A DNA stretch of 64,000 bases. Source: Chrysomallon squamiferum. Lineage: Eukaryota > Animalia > Mollusca. The DNA lies in NCBI GenBank assembly GCA_012295275.1, contig CM022670.1:27342001-27406000 (forward strand). The letters are read 5' to 3'. The translations under genes were made by a program, and so were the position numbers. Positions 42,101-55,229 of the stretch are shown one piece after another (positions within the stretch are counted from its first letter, which is position 1; every line of letters begins with the position of its first letter). Below the pieces are notes generated by a model. The model was not told the DNA's origin. It ran no database searches and saw only the letters and a program-made list of their open reading frames with translations.

Positions 42101-45100
42101 TGGAATCTATCAGTATTGTAGCATCAGACATTATTCATCAGTTCAGTTATACAGTGGTATATTACAGTGGTCAAGACAACTATATAAAGATCTAACTGGA
42201 CAATATCAGAGCATATCTAGATCAACAGGCTGAAATAAAATATGTTAACAAGAAAAAAAAGGCCAGTGTTTTAATTGATATTAGTCATAGTCTGTCAAAC
42301 TCTAACTGTGCTGCTATTTTCTCCAAAAGTCAGGGACAACTGTACTGGAATCTGACATGTCCAAATCTGTTGGATGAAACCTAAAGACTTTTTAAAATTT
42401 GTTTTTATATGAGTGACTCATCCATTAGATTTTCAAAAGACTAGACAGACATTATGATTTTGTAATTTGCAGCACAGTCAGTATGCTCATACTGACATTA
42501 ATATCAAGTAACACTGTTGCAACACTGACAGTGAAATAATCCATAAACCAGTGTTGTAATTCTTGCCTGATGAGTCAGGTTCAAACCTCAGGAGTGGACA
42601 GCATTGGTTGTTTTCTTCCAGCCAATGCCCACAGGTGTCCACTATAAAAATATCAGGTCTTCTCTGCAAAGATCACATGCCTCTAATTAGTGAAAGTAGC
42701 CCATAATTTTATGGCAATGAGCTTATCATTAATTTTGTTATGTGTTGTATATTAATAACAAGGTGGATAATGTCATTCAAGTGCAAAAAACTGAGCTATT
42801 GATAATACAGAGGCATGATACTGAATTGATGAAAATGGCATACAACACTCTGGAAATTCTATCAATATTCTGTGTATTACTGTAGAGCCATGGGAAGCAG
42901 AAGGGGTAATATCCAGTCAAAATGTATTCATTCATTGCTAGACAGCTAAAGTAGTTTAACACAAATATAACAAAGATATAGTACATGCAGATGTACATAC
43001 ATAATATAAAACATTAAGACTTTAAAAATAAAATGTGTATCTTTTTTTATATATAATGTGTACTGAAGATGAGACAAAAATACTTTTTAAAAAACATATT
43101 TACTCTTCAGTTAATTTTTTTCAGATAGTTTTGAGCTGTATAGTTATTCCACTTCAGTAAGCTACTGACAATAATGCAGTGCTACAAACATTAGTCTCTG
43201 CTCAGTAAATTAACTAGTGCATAGTTAACATCACACAGTAATTATTTACACAGATGTTCAGAGTTAAACTGTTCTGTCAGTTTTGTAAGTTCAGACTATA
43301 ATACTGTCATCTAAACAATGCTTCCAGTTCAGTCAACATCAAACAATGATATTCTGAATTCTTGAGCAATTACAGAAAATAAGGCTCTACCTGAATGCTC
43401 TGAATTAAATTGTCCTTCCAGTTCAGTAACTTCAGACAATAATACTGTCTTTTAAACAATTCTTCCAGTTCTGTAAGCTTGATATGCTGGGTTACATTAT
43501 TCCTAGGTAACTTCAGAAAATAAGGTTCTTCCTGAATGTTATTACTTAAATAATTCTTCATCTTCAGTAAACTCCACAGAGTAACACTGAGAATTAAATA
43601 AAACTTAAAACAATAAACTGTACACAGAACATGCTTATGGCTTTATCATTTAGTAACTGATCAGTTCATCGCTATATATGACATACATACTTATTTTTTA
43701 TTTTTCCTTCTTTCTTTTCTTCTTTTTTGTTTTAAATAATTTTTAATTTTATTACTCATTTTTACAGTTAATCAAAAAAGTAGAAAAGATTTAACTGTCA
43801 ATTAATTTAATATCTATAACTCTCTGTTTTATGTTTAATTTGTACAGATGTAGAGGATGTAGAAAATAATGTTTTATTGTCAGATAACTGATGACTAATT
43901 CTTTATGTGACATATCAGCTGTTCTTTTTAAACGGTTTTCCTCTTTGCTGCAGAAATAATATTTAGATTATCAGTTTATGCTTTATGTAACAGTCAGCTC
44001 ACCATTTGTACAACAAGCATTAAATCTTATTTTTTGTTATTAATTGTTACTAATTATTAATTAAGGATTCAACTTTCAAACATATTCAGGGAGGTATGTT
44101 TTATTTGATGTTTGTGTTTTACAGAGGAATAGTACTTTGTTTATCACTTAATACTTTGTCTGACATGTCTCACAGGTGTGGAGGTGGGAGGACAGCTGTG
44201 TTCATTGCTGTGGATTACTGTCTCAAACAGCTGCAGGCTGAAGACAGGGTGGATGTCTACAGCTGCGTGCTGCACCTGAGACGCTTTCGCAAAAACATGG
44301 TCAGGTCCTTGGTATGTCTGTTTTAACACAGTTAGCAGTGGACTGACAGAGAGATGGATGAATGGAATGACAGTGAACTGAAAGTGAGATGGAATAGTGG
44401 TATGACAGTGAACTGAAAAAGAGATGGAAGAGTGGTATGACAGTGAACTGAAAGAGAGATGGATGAATGGATTGACAGAAAATTGACAATGGATTGACAG
44501 AGAGATGGAAGACTGGAATGACAGTGAACTGAAAATGAGATGAAAAAGTTATATGAAAGTGAACTGAAAGTGAGATGAAAGAGTTGTATGTCAGTGAACT
44601 GAAAGTGAGATGGAAGAGTGGTATGACAGTGAACTGAAAGTGAGATGGAAGAGTGGAATGACAGTGAACTGAAAGTGAGATGGAAGAGTGTAATGACAGT
44701 GAACTGAAAGTGAGATGAAAAAGTTATATGAAAGTGAACTGAAAGTGAGATGAAAGAGTTGTATGTCAGTGAACTGAAAGTGAGATGGAAGAGTGGTATG
44801 ACAGTGAACTGAAAGTGAGATGGAAGAGTGGAATGACAGTGAACTGAAAGTGAGATGGAAGAGTGGAATGACAGTGAACTGAAAGTGAGATGGAAGAGTG
44901 GAATGACAGTGAACTGAAAGTGAGATGGAAGAGTTGTATGTCAGTGAACTGAAAGTGAGATGAAAGTGATATGACAGTGAACTGAAAGTGAGATGGAAGA
45001 GTGGAATGACAGTGAACTGAAAGTGAGATGGAAGAGTGATAAAGTGAGATGAAAGAAAGTGAACTGAAAGTGAGATGGAAGATGGAAGTGGAATGAATGA

Positions 45101-48077
45101 TAGTGAACTGAAAGTGAGATGGAAGAGTGGAATGACAGTGAACTGAAAGTGAGATGGAAGAGTGGAATGACAGTGAAATGAAAGTGAGAAAGTGGAAAGA
45201 GTGGTACTGAAAGACAGTGAACTGAAAGTGAACTGAAAGTGAGATGGAAGAGTGGAATGACAGTGAACTGAAAGTGAGATGAAAGAGATGATGAAAGTGA
45301 GAAGAGTGATATGACAGTGAACTGAAAGTGAGATGGAAGAGTGTAATGAACAGTGAATTGAAAGTGAGATGAAAAAGAGTTATGAGATGAAAATGACAGT
45401 GAACTGAAAGTGAATGAAAGAGTGATATGACAGTGAACTGAAAGAAGAGTGAAAACTGAAAGTTGGAAGAGTGAATGACAGTGAACTGATGTCAGTGAAC
45501 TGAAAGTGGAGATGGAACTGAAAGTGAGATGGAAGAGTGACAGTGAACTGAAAGTGAGATGGAAGAGTGGAATGACAGTGAACTGAAAGTGAGATGGAAG
45601 AGTTGTATGTCAGTGAACTGAAAGTGAGATGGAAGAGTGGAATGACAGTGAACTGAAAGTGAGATGGAAGAGTGGAATGACAGTGAACTGAAAGTGAAAA
45701 ACTGAAAAGTGAGATGGAAAAGTTGTATGACAGTGAACTGAACTGACAGTGAACTGAAAGTGAGATGGAAGAGTGGAATGACAGAAAAAGTGAGATGGAA
45801 GAGTGATATGACAGTGAACTGAAAGTGAGATGGAAGAGTGGAATGAACTGAAAGTGAATGGAAGAGTGAATGACAGTGAACTGAACTGAAAGGAAAGAGT
45901 GAGTGGAAAGTGAGATGGAAGAGTTGAATGACAGTGAACTGAAAGTGAGATGGAAGAGTGATGGAAGATGGAAAGAGGGAATGACAGTGAAATGAAGGTG
46001 AGATGAAGAGAAAGATGTCAGTGAACTGAAAGTGAGATGGAAGAGTTTAATGACAGTGAACTGAAAGAGATGGAAGAGATGGAAGAAAGTGATATGAAAG
46101 AGTGGAGTGAACTGAACTGAAAGTGAGATGGAAGAGTGGAATGAATGAACTGAAAGAACTGAAAGTGAGATGAAAGAGAAATGAAATGGAATGACAGTGA
46201 AAAAAGTGAAGGAAAGTGAGATGGAAGAGATGGAAGAGTGGAATGACAGTGAAATGAAGGTGAGATGAAAGAGTTGTATGTCAGTGAACTGAAAGTGAGA
46301 TGGAAGAGTGGAATGACAGTGAACTGAAAGTGAGATGGAAGAGTGGAATGACAGTGAACTGAAAGTGAGATGGAAGAGTGGAAAGAGAGTTGTGAACTGA
46401 AAGTGAGTGAACTGACAGTGAACTGAAAGTGAGATGGAAGAGTGGAATGACAGTGAAATGAAGGTGAGATGAAAGAGTGGAATGACAGTGAACTGAAAGT
46501 GAGATGGAAGAGTGGAATGACAGTGAACTGAAAGTGAGATGGAAGAGTGGAATGACAGAAAATTGACAATGGATTGACAGAGAGATGGAAAATTTGTTAT
46601 ATGATCTATTTATTTGTTGTTGGTTTTTTTAAATTTTTATTATTAGAATACATTTTTTACTGGGCTGTATATTATTTTATAGTATTGACATAATTAAATT
46701 CTGTTACATGACTATTTGTCAGTTACTAGAATGTTTTATTAAAAATCTGATTTGTTTTACAGTTATTTACTACATTCCACCACTAATATTTATTAATATC
46801 TGATGCAGGGTCAGTACTGTGTGATCTATGACACTCTAGCTATGCATCTCCAGTGTGGATCTACTGTCTTCCCAGCCTCTCTCCTGCCTTCTATCTATCA
46901 CAAATTCTATTCCAAAGATGTTGACCCAAAATTACGAAGACTTGATCAGGAATTTCAGGTACTAATTCCAGCATAACTATCAGAACAATTACTGACTTTT
47001 ACGAAAGCAGGGCATTCTAATTTTGTCTAAACTTTAATCATTAAATTAATTATATCAATCCATCTTTGCCTTCTTCCAGTCATTATTATTTTTTTGATTT
47101 AACAAAACCTATTTAAAGAAATGTTTTATTCAAAATGTTACGTATTAGGACTATATGAAGATAATGAAATTATAATGATTATGATGATGATGATGATAAT
47201 AGTAATAATGATGTTGTTATAGATGATGAAGACATTTTTTAACGGTGAAATTCAGTTTCTTTAACAATTTCAGTTTTAATTGCTCTTCAAATATATAAAA
47301 TAATTTTTAAAATTTGAATGACTAAAATAATTCATAAAATTGCTTTTATAACAGCTATATAAATATTCTGATAGGATCCTTTTTCTTAAATTCTTTTAAA
47401 AAAGTCATGTGTATAATGATGTATAATTAGCATTGAAACTACTGTACATACATTCTAAGAAATTTCCTTTTTGTTAAATATTTAAAATGTAAAATCTTGC
47501 TACAAATCACCATTGAATCATTTGGGATATCTTGATAATTAGCACATAAAAAAAACGGAGAGAGAATGATCATTACCCCCCACAAAAATCAATAGCAGGA
47601 GATTCAAACTTGCGTCATGAGCTTTTCTTTATTGCAAATGAAAGATTTATAAAGGGAAGCTGTTGATCTTAACTTAGCAGAGATATGCTCTATTGATTTG
47701 GTCTGATATTGTAGCACATCTTACATGAGAGTTGAGATTTTAAAAAGATTTAAAAAGAAAAAAGAGGGTTAAAAAACCTATCAGTTTCATCTGTGAACTT
47801 TGAGCAATTATTCAAGTCTATTTTGAGAGTTATATTTAGCTCTGTATGAAATTCAGTTTGACATGATTCAGACATCAGTGATGGAGTGTGAAATATTGTG
47901 TGCTGTGAGGATTCATTTGTCAATGTCTTAATTTGTATTTTGGTGGACGTCTTTTATTCAGTATTAATACACTTTCCATCTCTATCCTCTTCTGGATACT
48001 TTAATATTTTTTTTTATCTTTTTTCTTTTTGTCTTTGTGTTAGTTCTTCATTCCTCTCACTTTTTCATTATATGCCT

Positions 48078-48168
<91 letters not shown>

Positions 48169-48781
48169 CACACCATCTCTTTCTACATCTTTCTCACTCT
48201 CTTGTTTGCTCTTTTCTTTCATGGATCATTTTCCCAAATCAAAATCTATCAGTCAAATCTTGCCCTCTTGATATGCATATCTTTTTCAATGCAAGTATAT
48301 GAAGGTTGTGTGCATCTGAATAGTCTGTGTGTGCATGTGTGTGTCTGTGTGTGTGTGTGTGTGTTTTGTGTGTGTGTGTATATGTGTGTTTGTGTGTCCT
48401 GTGATATTTATAAGCTCAAAACATATTTATTATTACCCCATATACATAAAGTTTATATCTTTAACTAGAATCTACAAAGGATTGTGCAGACACTTAGTGT
48501 CGGTGACTGTGCCAGTGGTCACAGAGTGGAGAACAGAAGTAAAAGTAGAGACATCATGATGCTTCCACGTGAGTCTAACCAGCTTGTGACATACGCTTAT
48601 TTCTCTTACACACAAACACACACACACTTACATACTAACAGTACTCACATATATTCATATACATAGTTGCTCTCTCTCTCTCTAAATGTTACATGTGTGA
48701 TTATTTAATTAAGGTTACAGTTTGTGTGTGTGTGAGTTTAAATAATTAAAGAGAGAGAGAAAGAGAGAGAGAAAAAGAAAG

Positions 48782-48855
<74 letters not shown>

Positions 48856-51025
48856 TTATCTACAGACATAGACAGAGATATATATGTTACAGAATGTAAT
48901 AAAGTGTCAAGATTCTACAAGAAAAAAAGGAACCTCTATATATGCATTAATATGTTGGTATATTTTATTCACTTTACTTAATGTATATTAACTTTATATT
49001 TCAAAACCAATTTTCATTAATGAATGCACCAGATATGTTATTTATATAATTAAATAAATGTAAAAGCCATGAAAAAGAAAATGAAAATAAAAATAATAAT
49101 AATATTAATATAATAATAGTAATAAATAAATAATAATAACACCTATGTTTTACCAGACAGATAAAAATAAAATTAATTTTTATGAAATTTTTCTTTTATT
49201 TCATAGCTGAACGTGCAAGGCCTTATCTGATGACAAGTGATTCATGTGAAAGTGGGACAGATTTCATTAATGCAGTTTATATTGATGTAAGTACTTCATA
49301 CGTATAAACAGATGGAAAATTTGTTTTTCTTCACAAATTTGTTTTAAATAGAACTCAATTTAACCTTGCTGTTAACCCTGTCTAAGCATCAGTAAAAAAA
49401 CGGAAGATACAATTTAAATATATAAATATTTAAATAGTTTTTTCTGAGACTTAAAATAAACACCAAATTAGGTACGTACCTAGTAATATTACTTTAATTT
49501 AACAATAATTTGGATATGTGATTTGTGTTGTTTGTGAATTTACAGAAAACTGTTTTGATGAAGGTGTTTTGAATAAAAATTTGTTTGGACATCTTGATTT
49601 AAGCTCATTGTTAAATTGCTCAGACTTAAAAATAACTTTCTCTAATTTAAACAGACAATTGTTATAAAGGTTTATTATTTTTATTTTTATCATCTTTTCA
49701 TTAATTGATTATTATTATTATTATTATTATTATTTTTTTTTTTTAATATGTAATTTTTTTTTATTATTATTATTTTTTTTTGTGTGTTTAAAAGAAATCC
49801 TAATATTTACTTTTTAACAGTAATATAGTAATAAATGCTTTCCGCATCCATTTCTATAATATATTATTAATGTTATTTCTCCCAAAACAAGGCTAATATC
49901 ATGAGAAATATTTTCCAGGGTTTTCATCAAGAAAATACATTCCTAGCAACCCAGTGGCCAAAGAAAAACACGATAAATGACCTGTGGAGACTGCTGTATG
50001 ACTACAAGATTAATACTCTGGTTGTTCTCAACGACATAAAGTACAATCGGGTACGGTCTATGTGTATTATGTTCTTTCTGAGTAATTTTCACCCTTTTAA
50101 TGAGCACCACAGATAATTTTATTTCCATTTCATTCTTTCTTTATTGTAATATTTTTAACTTCTTTTCCTTTTATTATTATTATAAATTTTTATTTTTATT
50201 TTTTTGTTATATAAAAAAAAAATAATAATAAAAAAAAATAAAATGTTCCGTATTAATATTATTTTTATTTATTAATTTATTTATTATTATTTTTTCTTTT
50301 CTTTTTTTGAGCTGTGTGTTCTGTATTCATATATCATTGTTGTTATTATGATTATTATTGTTGTTATTATGATTATTATTGTTGTTATTATTATTATTAC
50401 TGGTATTGCTATTTATTTATTTAGCTAGTTTGATTCCTTTGTTCATTGCTCTTTAGACACATATAATCAGTTTTAGATCCTGTGTTACTTTATCACTGTT
50501 TTTAACAAAACCCACTAGTTTGTTGTTATTGTATTTTGTGGGTTTTTTAAGTCTTATTATTTTACTTTAGCAATTTTCTTCTTTGGTAATTAACACTCTT
50601 TTAATGACAATAACTAATTTTTGTTTTTTGTTGCAATTCTCTTGTTTTAAGTAGGTTTGAGTGTGTGTTTTTTTTATGTTTTTGTTGTTTGTTTGTTTGC
50701 ATTATTTATTTTATTTTTATTTTTTATTATATGTTATAATGTTACACCCAGATAAAATAAGATTTTAAAGATATTCTGAAATATTTTGTAAACTAATTCA
50801 TGTTGTTATTTATTAAAAAACATTTTTTTAAAATATATATATATATATGTATATTAATAAAAATAAAAATAATAATAATATATATATATATATATATATA
50901 TGTTTGATTAATTTTCTGTAATGCTGTTCACCTTTGGTTATTGAGAATTGTTAACTTTCATGTTTTTAGTTTTTGATGGTTTCTATTTTTCTTTACCAAT
51001 CTTTCTTTCTTTTTATCATTTTATT

Positions 51026-51056
<31 letters not shown>

Positions 51057-51059
51057 TTA

Positions 51060-51125
<66 letters not shown>

Positions 51126-52523
51126 GCCAGCACATTCATGTTTTAAATTAATGGAATCTTATATGTATTAAATAATTAACCATTATATTCACATTTGTAA
51201 AGATATTTTCTTTTTAAAATATTTTGTTTTCTTCATTTAAATAGGCCAACAGTTGCTGGCTTTTATATATATATTTTTTTTTTTTATGTACAGTAACTGG
51301 ATTCATATACAAAATCCATTTAAGCTTTAAAAATCTATTTATTTTGGTTATATAATCTTTTCTTTCACAGTTTCTCATTTTGTTAAAAAAAATTAATAAT
51401 AAATAAAATAAAATAAATAAGTAAGACAAAAGTAATTTATGTACTTTTAAGAAATAACATATTATTTCTTTCACTGTTTGAAATTTAAACTGTTTCTCTT
51501 CAGAACCAACAAAGAGCAGAGAACAACATGAGCATTTTGTTTATGTGAAAAATAAATCTTAATACGAAACAGATTACTTTTTAGATTACTTTTTTCATTT
51601 TTGTGGTGGAACCCAATACCTTATTCATCATACTTATCTGAAGAGAAGTTATTAACTTTAATACACGTAAAATTATACTCTGTTAACGACTTTCACTGGG
51701 GATGAGGTTTTAGCTTTGTGATTACAATGTGCATCTGATGAACGATGGTTTCAATGATCAGTCCTTCAGAATGTCACCGTTAGCCTATTTTACACTTTTA
51801 CCAATGTATGGAAGTATCAATTGCAGTAGAAAACAGGGTCAAATGTGGTGATGTTTTTATTCTTTTAATTTGTAGAAATATCCAAGATTCTGGCCAAAAG
51901 AACTTGATCTGGAGGAGAAATATGGTCCTATTGTAGTGAAGTATTTGGGATGTGGCAAATATCCTGAACTTGTTATAAGAGCTTTTGCTATTCACAAGGT
52001 GAAATAAACATTTACAATACATACACTTAAGTCAGACAGACATGTAAAAACAACTTTTAATGTGTTTTGTTTTGTTTGGTTTATTTTTGTTTATTTGTTT
52101 GTTTTTTTATTTAAAACTTTTAATGTTTTATTCTTGTTGTTGTTGTTTTTTTAAAACTTTTCATCCAAAATCATATAAAACAACTTTTTGGGTTGTTTTC
52201 ACTTTTCACTTTTTTAATTTAAATGTTTTAACTTATTTGTGTTTTATTTATTTATTAATTTATTTATTTATTTATCTTTTATTCTTTATTTAATTAAATA
52301 TTTAAATTTTGTTGTTATTGTTTTTAATTAATTAATTAATTAATTTATTTTTTTATTATGTAGCCATTAAAAAATGTTATTTTATTTTATTTTATCTTGT
52401 TTTGTTATTTAATTTGCATTTGTTTATTTATTTCATTTTATTTATTTTAATTATTTATGTTCAAAGTATTACTAATGCATATTGTATCTTTTTATTTTTC
52501 TTGATTTGTTGTAGTATTAGTAA

Positions 52524-52590
<67 letters not shown>

Positions 52591-53193
52591 AACAACTACA
52601 ACAACTACAACAACAAGACCAATAATAATAACAGCAACAATAATAATATTAAATGTATCTATTGTTGTTGTTGTTACAAAAGATACAAACTGCATTAGTA
52701 ATATTTTGAACAAATAAATTATTATTATTATTATTATTATTACATTTAATCTAAAGTGACATTGAGTACTTATTCTGAATATTTTAACATTAATGTACAT
52801 ATACTTCTGTTGTATGATATTATTATTATATAATAATATTTATTTTTGAAAGACTTTGTGAACATTTTGTTCAGTGACTCAGTCTTAGGAATATATTTCT
52901 ACTATTCTGTCATACAAAAGAGATTATAATTTTGTTTCAGTGATTGTCTCTCTTGTTAAAATGATGTCACCAAAAAAATGTTTTTTGAAAAATGTCTTTC
53001 TACTTGTATCCAAGAATTATACTATTGTCATATTTTAATATTAGAAAATAATGATGTTAGTAAGTAAACAAAATTTTCTCACATATATGATAACATTTTA
53101 GTTACAAATATTTCTATTTTAAGAGATAAAGGTGTTTTCCTTTTTGACAGATAATTATATTAATGTTGAAAAGAAAAATATTTTATATTTGTA

Positions 53194-53225
<32 letters not shown>

Positions 53226-54334
53226 ATTTAAATAGATATAGCTGCTATAGCTTACCATGAAGTACATTTTAGACATATTTAAATTTTTATATAAATATGT
53301 TTACAGCTTAAGATACAAATGCATTTTTTGGATAAATATATTTGTTTGATTAAACATTTAAATTTTTTAAATAGATATTTTTATGGCTTAAAATACAAAT
53401 AAAATTTAGATAGATATATTTTCAAAGAAAATAGATTTTAGATAGATATATTTAAATTTTAAGATAGATATGTTGACAGTTTGAGGTATAGATACATTTG
53501 TTAGATATATTTTCTGAGGAAGTACATTTTAGATAGACATTTTCAGTGAAAATACATTTTAGACTGATATATTAAAAATTTTAGATAGACATATTTTCAG
53601 AGATACATTTTCTTTCCAGAGTAAACTTAAATATACTCTTCCAACTGCTTTACTGTCAGTGGCAGCAGAAACAGGGGTAACTACTGCTCTTGTTTTCTTT
53701 CTACTCTCTTCAGCATACATTGCTTTGTAGACTTCTTCTGAATAGAGATAGTTGTTTGGAAAACATTTTTAAAAATTTTTTTATAGATATAAAATTTTGA
53801 AAAGGACGAGTTCCCAAAACATAAATTATTTGTAAGTAAGTGGGTTTTGGGGGTTTTGTTTATAAATTTAATTTAAATTATTTATTTTGTTTTATTTTAT
53901 TTTATTTTAGTTATTTCTAATTCATTAATTTAATTAATTAATTAATTTATTAATTTATTTATTTATTACAATTATTTAATTTTTTGTTATCAACATTTTA
54001 CAATCTATTATTATTATTGTTATTGTTAATGTTATTTTATTTATTATTTTATTTTATTTTGTTATTTTGAAGTTTGTTTTTTTGCTGTAACTAAGTATTC
54101 AGCAGAAGTCAACAAATTTTGCAGTTTGGTTTACCATGATGTAGGCTGAAGAATATTTTCTTTGTCTTCTATCTTTTTACCTTTTTATTACCTGAAATTA
54201 ATTTTTTACATTATTTTTCTTTAGTGAGCACAGCTTACCTAATTTAAATCACCTTTTATCATTATATGAATTACTATTATTTTATTTGCTTAATTAAGAA
54301 CTATATTATTATTATTATAATTATCATATTATTA

Positions 54335-54369
<35 letters not shown>

Positions 54370-54418
54370 GTTATTATTATTTATTACTATTATTATCGTT
54401 ATTTGTATAATAATAATA

Positions 54419-54457
<39 letters not shown>

Positions 54458-55194
54458 GCAGTTACTATTAGTATTTATTTATTGTTATCATCACTGTCAT
54501 CATCATTATCATTAAATAATGGGGGTTTTATTTTTAAGATTTTTTATAGTTTAATTAGTACTATATTCATTAGACTAAAATGTTTAAAGGTGTAATTTTA
54601 ATGATTTATACTAACTAGAATGTTTATTTTTTTTCCATTTATTATTAGGCTTTTTCTTCTTTTTTTTTTTTTTTTTTTTAACAACAAAGAGGTTGTTTTC
54701 CATTCTCTCTGATAAATAAAACTAAAAAATGTTTAAAATTAGATTTTTTGGTTATATAAAATTGTTTGTTGCACATCTAAATAGGTATATTTGAAAGTGT
54801 AAATTTTAATGTAGTGTTTGATAATATAGTTTAGGAGTCGCATATTTTTGTAGATTTTCTTCTTGTTGTCATTGAATGAAAATTTCATTTTAATGAAAAC
54901 ATTTATATGCATGTTTGTCATCCTTACCTTTGTAGTTTTTTAGAACATTTTTAATATTTTTATTTTAGTGCAGAATAAAGAATTTGTACCAAAAAAAAAT
55001 GTAATTTAAAAAAATAAATAAATAATTATTATTGTAAAAAGACTACAAAGTTACAAAATAAAATAGAAAGAAAGAAAGAATAAATCATTATAAGTGTGAA
55101 AAGAAATATTTTTTAACTTTCTATTTAACATCTAAAAATAAATAATAAAAATGAAAAAAAATAAAAATAAAAATAAAAATAAACAAGTAAATAA

Positions 55195-55229
<35 letters not shown>

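Noticed and set aside
46018-46569. 183-aa minus-strand ORF
   Set aside because: Translation of the 35-bp satellite.
49469-49482. Perfect 14-bp palindrome TAGGTACGTACCTA
   Set aside because: Isolated, and expected occasionally in 64 kb; no associated structure.
1974-54595. Many ORF-track entries with poly-L/I/Y/N or HT/CV/SL/RE dipeptide runs
   Set aside because: These are translations of (TTA)n, (CA)n, (TA)n and (CT)n microsatellites, with no splice or domain support.
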